64,000 nucleotides of DNA from Stenomitos rutilans HA7619-LM2 (lineage in GTDB: Bacteria > Cyanobacteriota > Cyanobacteriia > Leptolyngbyales > Leptolyngbyaceae): the NCBI GenBank assembly GCA_019358945.1, contig JAHHIE010000027.1, positions 2,994 through 66,993 on the forward strand. The letters are read 5' to 3'. Below are positions 37,866-47,840 of this stretch, in pieces; positions within the stretch are counted from its first letter, which is position 1, and every line of letters starts with the position of its first letter. The notes under the pieces are model-generated. The model was not told where the DNA came from and did not search any database. It worked only from the letters and a program-made list of their open reading frames with translations. The position numbers and the translations under genes are program-made.

Positions 37866-38051
37866 TTACGGGTTCGTTGAGAAGGGCTGATCATGGCAAA
37901 AGACAGGGTGGATCGATCACAACCTGCTGTTCTTAACGCCAAGATAGGTGCAAAGCATCTAGGGTTGCTTAGCTAGCGCTATTCTAATTTGCCTGCCCTT
38001 GCGAACCTTGTCGCTCATGTGAAAATTACGGATAGCGACTGTGAACTTTTC

Positions 38052-38159
38052 ATGGATAACGAGCTGATTCTCTTCCTCAGCAGCGTGGGGTTGCTGATTC
38101 TTTATCTGGTGTGGTCTGCCAAAACAGAAATGGGCACCAAAAACCCCTGGAAGAAGTAG
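38052..38159 (+). CDS. 35-aa single-TM small protein (below ORF-track cutoff)
   Basis: MDNELILFLSSVGLLILYLVWSAKTEMGTKNPWKK*; hydrophobic helix plus basic tail. Confidence 0.62.
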   Translation: MDNELILFLSSVGLLILYLVWSAKTEMGTKNPWKK

Positions 38160-38173
38160 CGATCGCCCTGCTA

Positions 38174-38995
38174 CTAACTTGCAAGCACTGAAGCAATCGG
38201 TGCATCAGGCGGCATTACCTTCTGAGTAGGCGCGATCGCGGTGGGACTCACATCTGCGGCAGACGGCTCACGGGGCAGAAAGCGTCCCCGCAACCCATAA
38301 CCAACGAGTCCCAAATACTCTCGGAACACTAGAAAAGCCTTCTTCTTCGTATCTAAGCGCTGCGGTAGCGGGTTGATATGCGGTACGACCTCAAACCCAA
38401 GGCTCCGAAAGGTCAGAAGCGATCGCAACATATGGGGTGGATCGGTCACCAACAGAATGCGATGAATCTTTTGGGGCTGCAAAATAGCTGCCGTGAAACG
38501 GGCGTTTTCTTCTGTCGTGCGAGAACACGGTTCACCAGCGATCGCCGTACTCGGAATCCCCTTTTGTTCCAACAGGTCGGCAATTTGCTGCGCGTCACCC
38601 CAACCACTCGCAAAGATTAGGGGTGCGCGATGAGCCTCCCATAGACGAGCAGACACATCCACACGTTCCGATCGCATCGCCGTCCCCCGCCCCAGCACCA
38701 CGATCGCGTCTGCGGTTGTGCCGGGATCGGACGGAAGAAAACTAACCAAAACACGATTCCCGATCTTGATCATGGCAGGCGAGAGGGTCAGCAAGTACAC
38801 GCATAACAGCGTCGCTCCTAGCGCACTGATGCGCCGCCGCCAGCGCAACCGTCGCAAGACCATCGGCAGCAACGTTAAAAGCACTAAGGGCGGGATGATC
38901 AATGCAGGCGTTGTCAGCCAGCTAAAAATCTGCCAGGACAACGAAGTCCAGGAAGTTGTAAGAGTTTTTTGTAGGCACAGGGATGGGTCTAGCAT
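38174..38995 (-). CDS. YdcF/DUF218 family membrane protein (paralog 2)
   Basis: ADAIVVLGRG, TTEENARFT and VTDPPHMLRS motifs. Confidence 0.88.
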   Translation of the reverse strand: MLDPSLCLQKTLTTSWTSLSWQIFSWLTTPALIIPPLVLLTLLPMVLRRLRWRRRISALGATLLCVYLLTLSPAMIKIGNRVLVSFLPSDPGTTADAIVVLGRGTAMRSERVDVSARLWEAHRAPLIFASGWGDAQQIADLLEQKGIPSTAIAGEPCSRTTEENARFTAAILQPQKIHRILLVTDPPHMLRSLLTFRSLGFEVVPHINPLPQRLDTKKKAFLVFREYLGLVGYGLRGRFLPREPSAADVSPTAIAPTQKVMPPDAPIASVLAS

Positions 38996-39481
38996 TGCGT
39001 TACCTGATCAATCTCATTCTGTATGCAACGATGGTCGTCGGCAGTGCACCCAATGCGATCGTTACTACCTTAACCTCTTCAGTATTAACAAATGTTTATG
39101 CAGGAAGTCGCCCCTTGATCACAGACATTGATCAACAGTGATCACAGACAGCGCTCTAGCTCATTAACCGCTACACTGATCACTATTAAAGCCACACTCA
39201 TCCAACGTTGATGTATCGCTGAGACAACAGATTTACAGCCGTTTTCGTTTGGCTTCACCACATCTGCGACCCGTTCTCCTGCACCCGTCCTTAATAAGAC
39301 CGTAGTTGAATGACACTGACAGAATAATCCGAACCGCTCCCAACTCCCAAATCTGGGGGAGCCGAACCATAAAGTCCTTTGGGCGCACAAGAAAAGGGGC
39401 CTAGTTTCTGCTTATTTCAGTGCCATTCGACTGTAGTTTCCTTGATTGAGAACTGCTGTAAGCTGCCCTTGAAGTGTTTTT

Positions 39482-39970
39482 ATGCAAACCAAACTTCCCA
39501 TCGTCTCCACCCCGCAACACAGCCGCGATAGTTTGGTCATCACCTTTGCGCCGCTGTCGCTCACAGAGGCATATGCGCTGGCAGAAGATGATGCCAATGG
39601 CGCGATCGTGGTGATGAGTGGCACCGTCAGACATCAGACGGATGGTAAGCCAGTGGTCGCGCTGGAGTATCAGGCGTATGAGCCAATGGCACTGCAAATC
39701 TTCCGTCAAATTGCCCATGAAATCCGGCAGCGCTGGTCGGATGCCAATCGCGTTGTCATTCACCATCGCACGGGTCGGCTTGAAATTGGCGAAATCAGCG
39801 TGCTAGTGGCTGTCGGTTGTCCCCATCGGGCAGAAGCATTCGAGGCATGCCAGTACGCGATCGACACCCTCAAACACAACGCCCCCATTTGGAAGAAAGA
39901 GCACTGGGCAGACGGCTCCAGCAGTTGGGTCAGTATTGGTGCTTGTGAACAGCCGGGAGCAGTTTGCTAA
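39482..39970 (+). CDS. moaE: Molybdopterin synthase catalytic subunit
   Basis: SGTVR, LEYQAYEPMA, HHRTGRLEIGE and LKHNAPIWKKE motifs. Confidence 0.96.
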   Translation: MQTKLPIVSTPQHSRDSLVITFAPLSLTEAYALAEDDANGAIVVMSGTVRHQTDGKPVVALEYQAYEPMALQIFRQIAHEIRQRWSDANRVVIHHRTGRLEIGEISVLVAVGCPHRAEAFEACQYAIDTLKHNAPIWKKEHWADGSSSWVSIGACEQPGAVC

Positions 39971-40036
39971 TGATTCACCTGCCTGATGCCAGTGCGTGTC
40001 TGGCCGTTCGCTCAATCCATCAGCATCAGTAGGAGC

Positions 40037-41524
40037 TTAGCGTTTCACTGCTGTGGGTAAGGTCAGCCTGAAGGCAGTGTGGTCAGCGATCGCCAGGTCA
40101 AGGGTTAGTGAACCACCGTGAGCGCGGACAATTTCGCGTGCCAGGCTCAGCCCCAGCCCAATGCCTTCGACTTTGCGGGTACGGGCAGGATCACCGCGAT
40201 GGAAGCGATCGAAGATACGATCGCGATCGCTCACGGGGATGGGTTTAGAGGCATTGCCAATGGTTATGGTCACGGTCTTGTCCGTTTGGTGTGCGTCAAG
40301 CGTAATCCAACCATCGGGAAGATTGTATTTAATCGCATTGCTGAACAGGTTTTGCAGGACTTGCATCAGGAGATCGCGATCGCCCTCCACCCACAACCCT
40401 TTGGGAATGACAGTTTGCACCTTCAGATGGGGAGCCAGCAGTTCTAGATCTTCCAGCATTTCCTCCAACAAAATGGAAATTTCCACCGAAACTGTGTGCA
40501 AACTCATGTGTCCTGCGTCGGCTAGGGACAGCAGCAAAAGTTTCCGCATAATGCTACTCAGGCGACGTACCTCATCTAGCAGGTTGCTCAAGCGTTGCTG
40601 CACTTCAGAACCAGACGGTACTTGTTGAAGCGATCGCTCCAGTTCACCTTGCAGAATTGTTAGCGGCGTTTTAAGTTCATGGGCTGCGTCGGCGCTAAAG
40701 CGAGAAGCCTGGGTAAAGCTGCGCTCTAGACGTTCTAGCATCTGGTTAAACACCTGAATCAGTTCGATAAATTCACTGTCTGTTGTCCCCGTAGGAATGC
40801 GTTGGTCGAGTCCTTTAACGGTTACTTGTTGAATCACATCGGTTAATTGATGAATTGGACGTAACGCGCTGCCAGCAACCAACCAGGCACCACCCGCGAC
40901 CAATAAAAGCACACCGGGAATGGAAATCAGGAAGATACTGCGAATGGTACCCATCTCCTGATTGATGGTTTGGAGGTTGACGGCGATCGCAACGCTTAGT
41001 TCAGGAAAGTTTGCGGCCCCAATGCGCCAGTCTCCGGTGGTTGTTCGTTCAGTGACAAACTGCGGGCGAGGGGGTGATAGACGCGACGCTGGACGTGATG
41101 GATTGTTTGGTGAGTCCGATCGAGGGGGCAATGGTGGTGGTTGCCCCCTTAGCGGCGCTGGTGGTGCAAGTTTCAACTGTCGAATAAGCAATGAGTTCAC
41201 ACTCTGGTCAGCAGGCAGAGCGTTTGTTTGATATAGCGTGTTACCGTTCCCATCCAGCACCAGTAGCGCGATCGGTGTTTTGGTATTGGCTCCAAACGCA
41301 TAGGCTAAGGTGCTGCCGTAGAAATCCCAGCGTTCTGGCTCTCGCAAACGTGGTGCACGCAGCAATTGATTCACCAGTTCAGCATCCAGACGGCTAATCT
41401 TCGCGGTATAAATTTGAAACCAGGAGACTGCCGCAAACCCAATAAGGGCAGTACCTGCCAACATCGCGGACAGCAGCGCCACTCGTAACCGAAACGATTG
41501 CCATTGGAAGGAATGCCATTTCAT
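40037..41524 (-). CDS. HAMP-domain sensor histidine kinase (CusS/CzcS-like)
   Basis: Two TMs, HAMP, FSADAAHELKTPL, NLFSNAIKYN, GLGLSL; Pro-rich periplasmic insert. Confidence 0.92.
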   Translation of the reverse strand: MKWHSFQWQSFRLRVALLSAMLAGTALIGFAAVSWFQIYTAKISRLDAELVNQLLRAPRLREPERWDFYGSTLAYAFGANTKTPIALLVLDGNGNTLYQTNALPADQSVNSLLIRQLKLAPPAPLRGQPPPLPPRSDSPNNPSRPASRLSPPRPQFVTERTTTGDWRIGAANFPELSVAIAVNLQTINQEMGTIRSIFLISIPGVLLLVAGGAWLVAGSALRPIHQLTDVIQQVTVKGLDQRIPTGTTDSEFIELIQVFNQMLERLERSFTQASRFSADAAHELKTPLTILQGELERSLQQVPSGSEVQQRLSNLLDEVRRLSSIMRKLLLLSLADAGHMSLHTVSVEISILLEEMLEDLELLAPHLKVQTVIPKGLWVEGDRDLLMQVLQNLFSNAIKYNLPDGWITLDAHQTDKTVTITIGNASKPIPVSDRDRIFDRFHRGDPARTRKVEGIGLGLSLAREIVRAHGGSLTLDLAIADHTAFRLTLPTAVKR

Positions 41525-42201
41525 ACTAGGTCAGGCTTGCGAAACCGATAGCCAACCCCACGAATGCTTTCAATCCAGCCAGTGTCGTCAATGGGATCAA
41601 TTTTCTTGCGAATCCGTTGGATGCAAACATCGACCACATTGGTATTGGGGTTGAAGTCGTATCCCCAAACGTGTTCCAAAATTTGGGTGCGCGTGAACAC
41701 CCGTCCCGGCGATCGCATCAGGTATTCCAGCAAATTAAATTCCCGGCTGGTGAGTTCAATGGCCCGTTGCTGGCAGGTCACTTCGCGGGTGATGCGATCG
41801 AGCTTAAGCGAACCAACTGTGAGCAAATTTTGGCGTTCACCGATGCTACGACGCACCACTGCATGGATGCGAGCGGCTAACTCTTCCACAAAGAACGGTT
41901 TGGCAATGTAATCATCAGCGCCCAGATTCAACCCTTGCAGGCGATCGTCCAGTTCATTGCGGGCAGTCAACAAAATCACGGGCGCATTCCGACCTTCGCG
42001 CCGAAGCTGTTTCAAAATCGCCAAGCCATCTTTGCCGGGCACCATGATATCCAGCACGATCGCGTCGTAGTCGTGATCTAACGCTCTCAGATACCCATCG
42101 TCACCATTGTCGCAATAGTCTACGACAAAGCCCTGCTCCTTCAACCCCGCACGGACAAAGTCAGCTATTTTTGCTTCATCTTCGACAAACAGGACGTTCA
42201 C
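41521..42201 (-). CDS. OmpR-family response regulator (CusR/CzcR-like)
   Basis: VEDE, LDIMVP, LTAR, GADDYIAKPF; winged-helix TNVVDVCIQRIRKK...RGVGY. Confidence 0.94.
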   Translation of the reverse strand: MNVLFVEDEAKIADFVRAGLKEQGFVVDYCDNGDDGYLRALDHDYDAIVLDIMVPGKDGLAILKQLRREGRNAPVILLTARNELDDRLQGLNLGADDYIAKPFFVEELAARIHAVVRRSIGERQNLLTVGSLKLDRITREVTCQQRAIELTSREFNLLEYLMRSPGRVFTRTQILEHVWGYDFNPNTNVVDVCIQRIRKKIDPIDDTGWIESIRGVGYRFRKPDLV

Positions 42202-42254
42202 AAGTCACTTACTGCTTACCAACTGCTCCATTGTAGGGTCACCCTTCCTCAACT

Positions 42255-42276
42255 TAAATGACAAAACTGTAATTCA
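42255..42276 (+). promoter_or_regulatory. CusR/CopR-like box TAAATGACAAAACTGTAATTCA (copy 1)
   Basis: Identical 22-mer at 44060-44081; resembles the TGACA-N4-TGT[C/A]AT cop box; an extra inverted half-site TGTCATTTT follows at ~42291. Confidence 0.7.
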
Positions 42277-42449
42277 CACGCAGTGTTAGCTGTCATTTTG
42301 GGCAGGCTAGATGGAATTAACTACGGACTACACAACCATTTGGGCAGTGCCTTTGTAGTAGGTCATTGGTGACTGGTGAACCGACTGTTCTTCTATTATC
42401 CTGACCGCAGCACCGCTTCAGCTCTACTATCAACATCTAAAGGATTACT

Positions 42450-43082
42450 ATGAACGTGCGTCGAATCTTAATCGCAACAGCTATTCCCGTACTCATGGGT
42501 TCGTTTGGGTTAGCCGCTTCCAACCAAGTCAATGCCGCTAATTTAAAGACTCAAGTTGCTCAAGCATCGCAACCATCCAATCAACCGCCCGAAGGTCAAC
42601 GCAGACCGCCCCGTATCGACTTTGCCGCTGCTGCTGCCAAGCTCGGCGTGACGGAACAGCAGTTAAAAGATGCTTTGGGTGTGCCATCGCAGCCACCGAG
42701 CGATCGCAGTCAGCGTCCTCCTCGTCCTGATTTTGCTGCCGCTGCCGCGAAACTAGGCACAACCGAAGCCAAACTCAAGCAAGCGTTAGGAGTGCCTGCT
42801 AAGTCGCCTGGTCAACAGGGCCGCACGGGCGATCGCAGCCAACGTCCCCCTGGCCCTGATTTTGCTGCCGCTGCGGCCAAGCTCGGCGTTACAGAGCAAC
42901 AGCTAAAGGACGCTCTAGGTGTACCCGCTCAACCACCCAGCGATCCTAGTCAACGCCCCCCTCGCCCTGATTTTGCTGCCGCTGCGGCCAAGCTGGGTGT
43001 AACGGAACAACAGCTAAAGGATGCTCTGGGTGTACCTGCTCAACCACCCAGCGAGAACGGCGCACCACCTCCTAACTCCTAA
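42450..43082 (+). CDS. Secreted protein with four ~37-aa repeats (RPxxxDFAAAAAKLGxTExxLKxALGVP)
   Basis: Sec-type signal peptide; four near-identical repeats separated by Pro/Gln/Ser linkers. Confidence 0.88.
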   Translation: MNVRRILIATAIPVLMGSFGLAASNQVNAANLKTQVAQASQPSNQPPEGQRRPPRIDFAAAAAKLGVTEQQLKDALGVPSQPPSDRSQRPPRPDFAAAAAKLGTTEAKLKQALGVPAKSPGQQGRTGDRSQRPPGPDFAAAAAKLGVTEQQLKDALGVPAQPPSDPSQRPPRPDFAAAAAKLGVTEQQLKDALGVPAQPPSENGAPPPNS

Positions 43083-43191
43083 TCAGTAGGGAGCGCATTT
43101 CTCTGCCTTAAGGGTGAGATGTTGGCATAAATTAAACCTCCACATGCGCATAGATGTCTTAATTGAGTTCATATTGCAAGGATGTTTGGTG

Positions 43192-43533
43192 ATGAATCAT
43201 AAAATCGCAGTCACGCTACTTGCTTTGCCGATCGGTGCCTTATCGATCGGTGCATCTACCCTTCTATCTCAGTCCGCTACTGCCGCAGAAATTACACCTC
43301 TGGCAGTGCGTCAGACTCCTGTGATCGTTGCCCAGCGCTACGATGATAATCGTAGCGATCGCGACCGAGACAACGATCAACGTGACGCCATTCGACGCGA
43401 AGAAGCTCGACGGGAAGCCCTTCGCCGTGATGCAAATCGCCGCGAACGAAGAGTCTGGATACCCGGTCATTGGGAATCTGGTTTCCTGGGCATTGGTCGC
43501 AAATGGGTAGAAGGCCACTGGGAAACACGCTAA
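43192..43533 (+). CDS. Secreted Arg/Asp-rich protein with two W-x-x-G-H-W (YXWGXW-like) motifs
   Basis: Signal peptide; WIPGHWE...WVEGHWE at the C-terminus. Confidence 0.75.
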   Translation: MNHKIAVTLLALPIGALSIGASTLLSQSATAAEITPLAVRQTPVIVAQRYDDNRSDRDRDNDQRDAIRREEARREALRRDANRRERRVWIPGHWESGFLGIGRKWVEGHWETR

Positions 43534-43587
43534 CGCGACGTGGGTGTATCTGCCGTTGAGCATTAAGCGATTCATTTAAAGCAAGAT

Positions 43588-43617
43588 AACGGGCGATTGG
43601 CGATCGTCCGTTTTTTT
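43588..43617 (+). terminator. Rho-independent terminator
   Basis: AACGGGCGAT-loop-ATCGTCCGTT followed by a T tract. Confidence 0.7.
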
Positions 43618-43710
43618 AATGCAACGCTACTTGCAACAACGCTCTGCAATGAATTGCAGGTTAACAGAACAAAGCCTGTTGAAACGGACTGACGTGGGCT
43701 TCTCCTACTA

Positions 43711-43866
43711 GGCAGTGTTTTAAAACTTCAATCGTTTCATTGCTGATAGCTTCTGCCCCCTTTTCTTGTATGCCCAAAGGGCTTTAAGCCCCCAATGCTG
43801 AGGGACTTTGAAGCTGGTTTGTAAGCCCCCAAATTTGGGGGCTTCCGAGGGCTTTAAAGCACGCCC
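43711..43866. mobile_element. 156-bp MITE with IS5-like ends, flanked by TA
   Basis: Left end GGCAGTGTTTTAAAAC; right end GCTTTAAAGCACGCCC matches the IS relic end at 6061-6074; TA on both sides; internal AAGCCCCCAAATTTGGGGGCTT hairpin. Confidence 0.75.
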
Positions 43867-44059
43867 TAGCCCGTTCCCATCGCGTTGCCGAGGGCACTAC
43901 GTTTAGTTTTGAATAGAGCAATGCCATCGTCGAAAGGACTGAAAGATACCCTCTTGGAAATGCTGCAGGATTTGGATTTAACGCACTAATAGACCAACTA
44001 TACTCGCCTCCCCTGCCTCCCCCGCTTCCCCTTGCCTCCTCTACCCTCTGCCTTTCCCA

Positions 44060-44081
44060 TAAATGACAAAACTGTAATTCA
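44060..44081 (+). promoter_or_regulatory. CusR/CopR-like box (copy 2) upstream of the exporter operon
   Basis: Identical to 42255-42276; 92 bp upstream of the adaptor ATG. Confidence 0.7.
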
Positions 44082-44173
44082 AGGTGATGGGAAACGGTCA
44101 TATTAGGCTGCCGTAATGGAACTATCGAACAGCATCACTATGATTCGTTGTTGTTTCCAACAAATGCAGCGTT

Positions 44174-45574
44174 ATGACACTTGATTCCCCCCAAGCTATT
44201 CCATTCAATCCGTTGCCCAACCGTATCATGAGACAGCGGTGGACTAAATGGTTGATGGGCCTACTGCTCCTCAGCTCCCTGTCAGGTGGTGGCTATTTGG
44301 TTTATCGCCAAACCATTGCTTCCACCAGTCAGGCAGCAAGGGGCAAACAAATCACGGTTCCTGTCTCGCGTGAAACGATTCCCATCACGATCGCCGCCAA
44401 TGGTACGGTAGAAGCCAAACAATCCACCAACGTCAGCCCCAAAAGTTCTGGACGGCTCAAAAGTTTGATCGTCGATGAAGGCGACGTAGTGCAAGCAGGG
44501 CGACCCCTGGCCTACATGGATGACTCAGACCTGCAAGGGCAACTGATTCAAGCACAGGGTTCGCTGGCATCGGCTCAAGCAAACTTGCAGAAGCTCGAAG
44601 CTGGCAACCGCCCTGAAGATATTGCTCAGGCAGAGTCTACCGTGAGAAGCGCTCAAGTTACATTGAGTCAGTCACAGGCAGATCTTCAACGGTATGAGCA
44701 ACTGTATCAGTCAGGAGCCATTTCTGCCCAATCGGTGAGCCAATACCGCACCACGCGAGACACCAATCAGGCAGCAGTAGACAAAGCGCAACAGGCACTC
44801 AAGCTATTGCAAGTTGGCAATCGCACAGAAGATATTGCCCAGGCACGCGCTCAGGTGACGCAAGCAGAAGGCAGTTTGAAAACCATCCAAACGCAGATTG
44901 AAGATGCCGTTATCCGTGCTCCCTTTAGCGGTATTGTGACGGCAAAATATGCTGACCCCGGTGATTTCGTCACCCCCACCACCTCTGGAAGTTCGGTTTC
45001 ATCTGCCACTTCGTCGTCTATTTTGTCGCTGGCCTCCACCTATCAAGTTTCCGCAGATGTAGCTGAAACCGATATTGGCAAGATTAAGCTGGGGCAAACT
45101 GTCACCATCACCGCCGATGCCTATCCCGATCAAACCTTTCAGGGCAAAGTGTCTCAGGTGGCGGCAGAGGCAACCGTCACCTCGAACGTCACGAGCTTTA
45201 AGGTGAAAGTGGCGCTTACCGATCCTAAAAAGCTGTTGCATCCCGGTATGAATGTGGATGCCAAATTTGATGCAGGTAAGTTGGATAACGTTCTGACCGT
45301 ACCGACCGTCGCGATCGCCCGTCAGCAAAACGGCACCGCTGTCCGCGTACTCACCCCAGACGGGAAAGCCAAATTTATACCCGTTACCACTGGAGCCACC
45401 ATCAACAACAAGACCGAAGTCCGCTCTGGTTTGCAAGGCAATGAAAAAGTCTTAGTCAGCGCACCAGCCGGAGCTTCGGGGACAGGCGCTTCTAATCGAA
45501 GCGGTAATGCCAGTGGAAGGAGCGGGGCAGGGGGAATGAGCGGTGCTGGGATGGGAGGACCGCCGCCGTTTTAG
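44174..45574 (+). CDS. Periplasmic adaptor / membrane fusion protein (MacA/HlyD type)
   Basis: TM anchor, lipoyl halves (VSPKSSGRL..LIVDEGD; IRAPFSGIV), long alpha hairpin, Gly-rich tail. Confidence 0.92.
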   Translation: MTLDSPQAIPFNPLPNRIMRQRWTKWLMGLLLLSSLSGGGYLVYRQTIASTSQAARGKQITVPVSRETIPITIAANGTVEAKQSTNVSPKSSGRLKSLIVDEGDVVQAGRPLAYMDDSDLQGQLIQAQGSLASAQANLQKLEAGNRPEDIAQAESTVRSAQVTLSQSQADLQRYEQLYQSGAISAQSVSQYRTTRDTNQAAVDKAQQALKLLQVGNRTEDIAQARAQVTQAEGSLKTIQTQIEDAVIRAPFSGIVTAKYADPGDFVTPTTSGSSVSSATSSSILSLASTYQVSADVAETDIGKIKLGQTVTITADAYPDQTFQGKVSQVAAEATVTSNVTSFKVKVALTDPKKLLHPGMNVDAKFDAGKLDNVLTVPTVAIARQQNGTAVRVLTPDGKAKFIPVTTGATINNKTEVRSGLQGNEKVLVSAPAGASGTGASNRSGNASGRSGAGGMSGAGMGGPPPF

Positions 45575-45632
45575 ATGAAGACAGAGGCGGGGAGGCAGAG
45601 GAAGCGGGGGAGGCAGAAGGCAGAAGGTTAAG

Positions 45633-45975
45633 TTGACGCTCTAAGCTGCATCTTTCGACCCCTAGACTTGCCACTCCGAGTTCAAAGCTCCACTCTCCGG
45701 GTTCAAAGCTCCATCTTTCGACCTTTAAGCTCTACCTTCCAAGTTCAAAGCTCCATAGTCCAAGTTCAAAGCTCCACTCTCCGAGTTCAAAGCTCCACTC
45801 TCCGAGTTCAAAGCTCGACGTTTTGACTCTTAAACTTAATCATCCGAGTTCAAAGCTTGATCTTTCAAGCTCAAAGCCTCATCTTTCGAGTTCAGAGCTA
45901 AATCTTTTAAGTTCAGATCTCAACTTTTAACCTTAAAGGTTCAACATTTTAACCTTAAAGCTCCATCTTCCAACC
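45633..45975 (+). repeat. Degenerate 21-bp tandem array C (~16 units), same family as A and B
   Basis: Repeated TCAAAGCTCCACTCTCCGAGT units, including two exact adjacent copies at ~45766-45807. Confidence 0.9.
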
Positions 45976-46023
45976 TCACTCCTCATTCCTCATCCCTCAT
46001 CCCTTCTCCACCGAGGTTTCGGC

Positions 46024-47328
46024 ATGAAAACACACGATCGCAAACCACCCCTCAAACAAGCATCCATTCTGATGCAGCGGAGTACATCAATCTCGTTCGG
46101 CGAAATTCTGACGATGGCGATCGAGGCACTCTGGAGCAACAAACTTCGCACGGTGCTCACCATGCTGGGCATTGTTATTGGCATTACGGCGGTCATTGCG
46201 GTGACGGCGATCGGTCAGGGTACGCAGAAATCGACGGAGCAACGCTTGCAATCCCTTGGTACTGACATTTTGCAAGTGCAATCGGGTGCAGCCAGAAGTG
46301 GATCGGTGCAGCAGGGTGCGGGAAGTGCCACCACCCTAACGTTGGAAGATGCTCAGGCGATCGGGCAGCAGGTGATTGGCGTTGATCGTGTCTCGGCGTT
46401 CTTGCAGCAAAACGCGCAGGTGGTTTACGACCAAAACAACAACTCCATGACCATCATCGGCACGGATGTAAATTATCCCGATGTGCGAAATACACACCCA
46501 CAAACGGGCCGATTTTTCACGCAAGAAGAAGTGGATGCTGCCTCGCCTGTAGCAGTTCTGGGGCCTACTGCTCGTGATGAGTTGTTGGGGACAGGCAGCA
46601 CGGCTGAAGGTGCCCAAATCCGCATTCAAGGGCAAACCTATGATGTCATCGGCGTGATGGAAACGAAAGGTTCACAAGGCCCCCAAAGCCCAGATGAACA
46701 AATTTATCTGCCACTCACCAATATGTCTGCTCGCCTGGTGGGAAACAATGCGGTGAAAGGCATTGCCATTCGGGGCGTTTACGTCAAAGTCAAAAGTCAG
46801 GATCAGCTCGATGCAGCACAGTATCAAATTACAAATCTTCTGCGGGTACGGCACGGCATTTTTCCAGAGAAAGGCAATAAAGATGATTTTCGGATTATCA
46901 ATTCAGCCGATGTGATTGAAACGTTGACCAGCACCTCGAAGCTGCTTACGGTGATGGTTGTGGCGATCGCGGGTATATCCCTCATCGTTGGCGGCATTGG
47001 CATCGCGAATATCATGCTGGTGTCTGTGGTGGAACGCACGCGAGAGATTGGAGTTCGTAAAGCGATCGGTGCCACCAGCATCGCCGTTCTGAGCCAGTTC
47101 CTAGCCGAAGCGGTCGTGATTGCCGCATTGGGTGGCGTGATTGGCATTGGTCTGGGTGTGGCGATCGCCTTTGCTGCTGCCAATCTCTTCAGCTTCCCAT
47201 TCGTCTTATCAATCTGGGCAATCCTCCTTGGTTTTGGCTTAACCTTCGCGATCGGGCTGGTGGCAGGCGTGATTCCTGCACGGAATGCGGCGCAGTTAGA
47301 CCCGATTACGGCGTTGAGGAGCGATTGA
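46024..47328 (+). CDS. MacB/FtsX-type ABC exporter permease
   Basis: LRTVLTMLGIVIG, large periplasmic domain, VSVVERTREIGVRKAIGA, AAQLDPITALR. Confidence 0.93.
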   Translation: MKTHDRKPPLKQASILMQRSTSISFGEILTMAIEALWSNKLRTVLTMLGIVIGITAVIAVTAIGQGTQKSTEQRLQSLGTDILQVQSGAARSGSVQQGAGSATTLTLEDAQAIGQQVIGVDRVSAFLQQNAQVVYDQNNNSMTIIGTDVNYPDVRNTHPQTGRFFTQEEVDAASPVAVLGPTARDELLGTGSTAEGAQIRIQGQTYDVIGVMETKGSQGPQSPDEQIYLPLTNMSARLVGNNAVKGIAIRGVYVKVKSQDQLDAAQYQITNLLRVRHGIFPEKGNKDDFRIINSADVIETLTSTSKLLTVMVVAIAGISLIVGGIGIANIMLVSVVERTREIGVRKAIGATSIAVLSQFLAEAVVIAALGGVIGIGLGVAIAFAAANLFSFPFVLSIWAILLGFGLTFAIGLVAGVIPARNAAQLDPITALRSD

Positions 47329-47459
47329 GCTAGGGAGTAGGGAGTAGGGAAGCAGAGGGGGCAGGGGAAGCAGGGGAGGCGGTTGAGGAAGTGGGCTAGA
47401 GGTTTCGATATAGCGAGAGGTTTGTCGCTAGGGTTGATTGAAATTTGCATCATCGACCC

Positions 47460-47840
47460 ATGCCGAAACTGAAAAGGTTTGTAATTCCCCTGCTGCTTGC
47501 GTCTCCCTTAGTTTTGCTTCTCACTCACTGTAGTGTTGGCAACCCACTACCAATCCTAATTGGGAAAAAGATTTGGCTCAATAGAGACGACAGTCTTTTG
47601 AGAAATGAGGTGAGCCGCATGATTCCAATCGGTAGTTCCATCATGAATGCGAAATGGCTCTTGGAATTTAATGGATTTCAATGTGACTACAAGAAGGCTT
47701 CTGATCCGACAGATGGTTATCTTTCCTGTGAGCAAACACAATCTTACCTGGTATGCGCCATAACCTATAAAACTGCTGTTATGTCCGTCAAAAATGCAGT
47801 TTCACGTATTGAGTCATCAACTGGAAACTACTGTCTCTAG
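47460..47840 (+). CDS. Small Cys-containing putative lipoprotein
   Basis: MPKLKRFVIPLLLASPLVLLLTHC lipobox-like; four further Cys; lower GC than neighbours. Confidence 0.6.
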   Translation: MPKLKRFVIPLLLASPLVLLLTHCSVGNPLPILIGKKIWLNRDDSLLRNEVSRMIPIGSSIMNAKWLLEFNGFQCDYKKASDPTDGYLSCEQTQSYLVCAITYKTAVMSVKNAVSRIESSTGNYCL

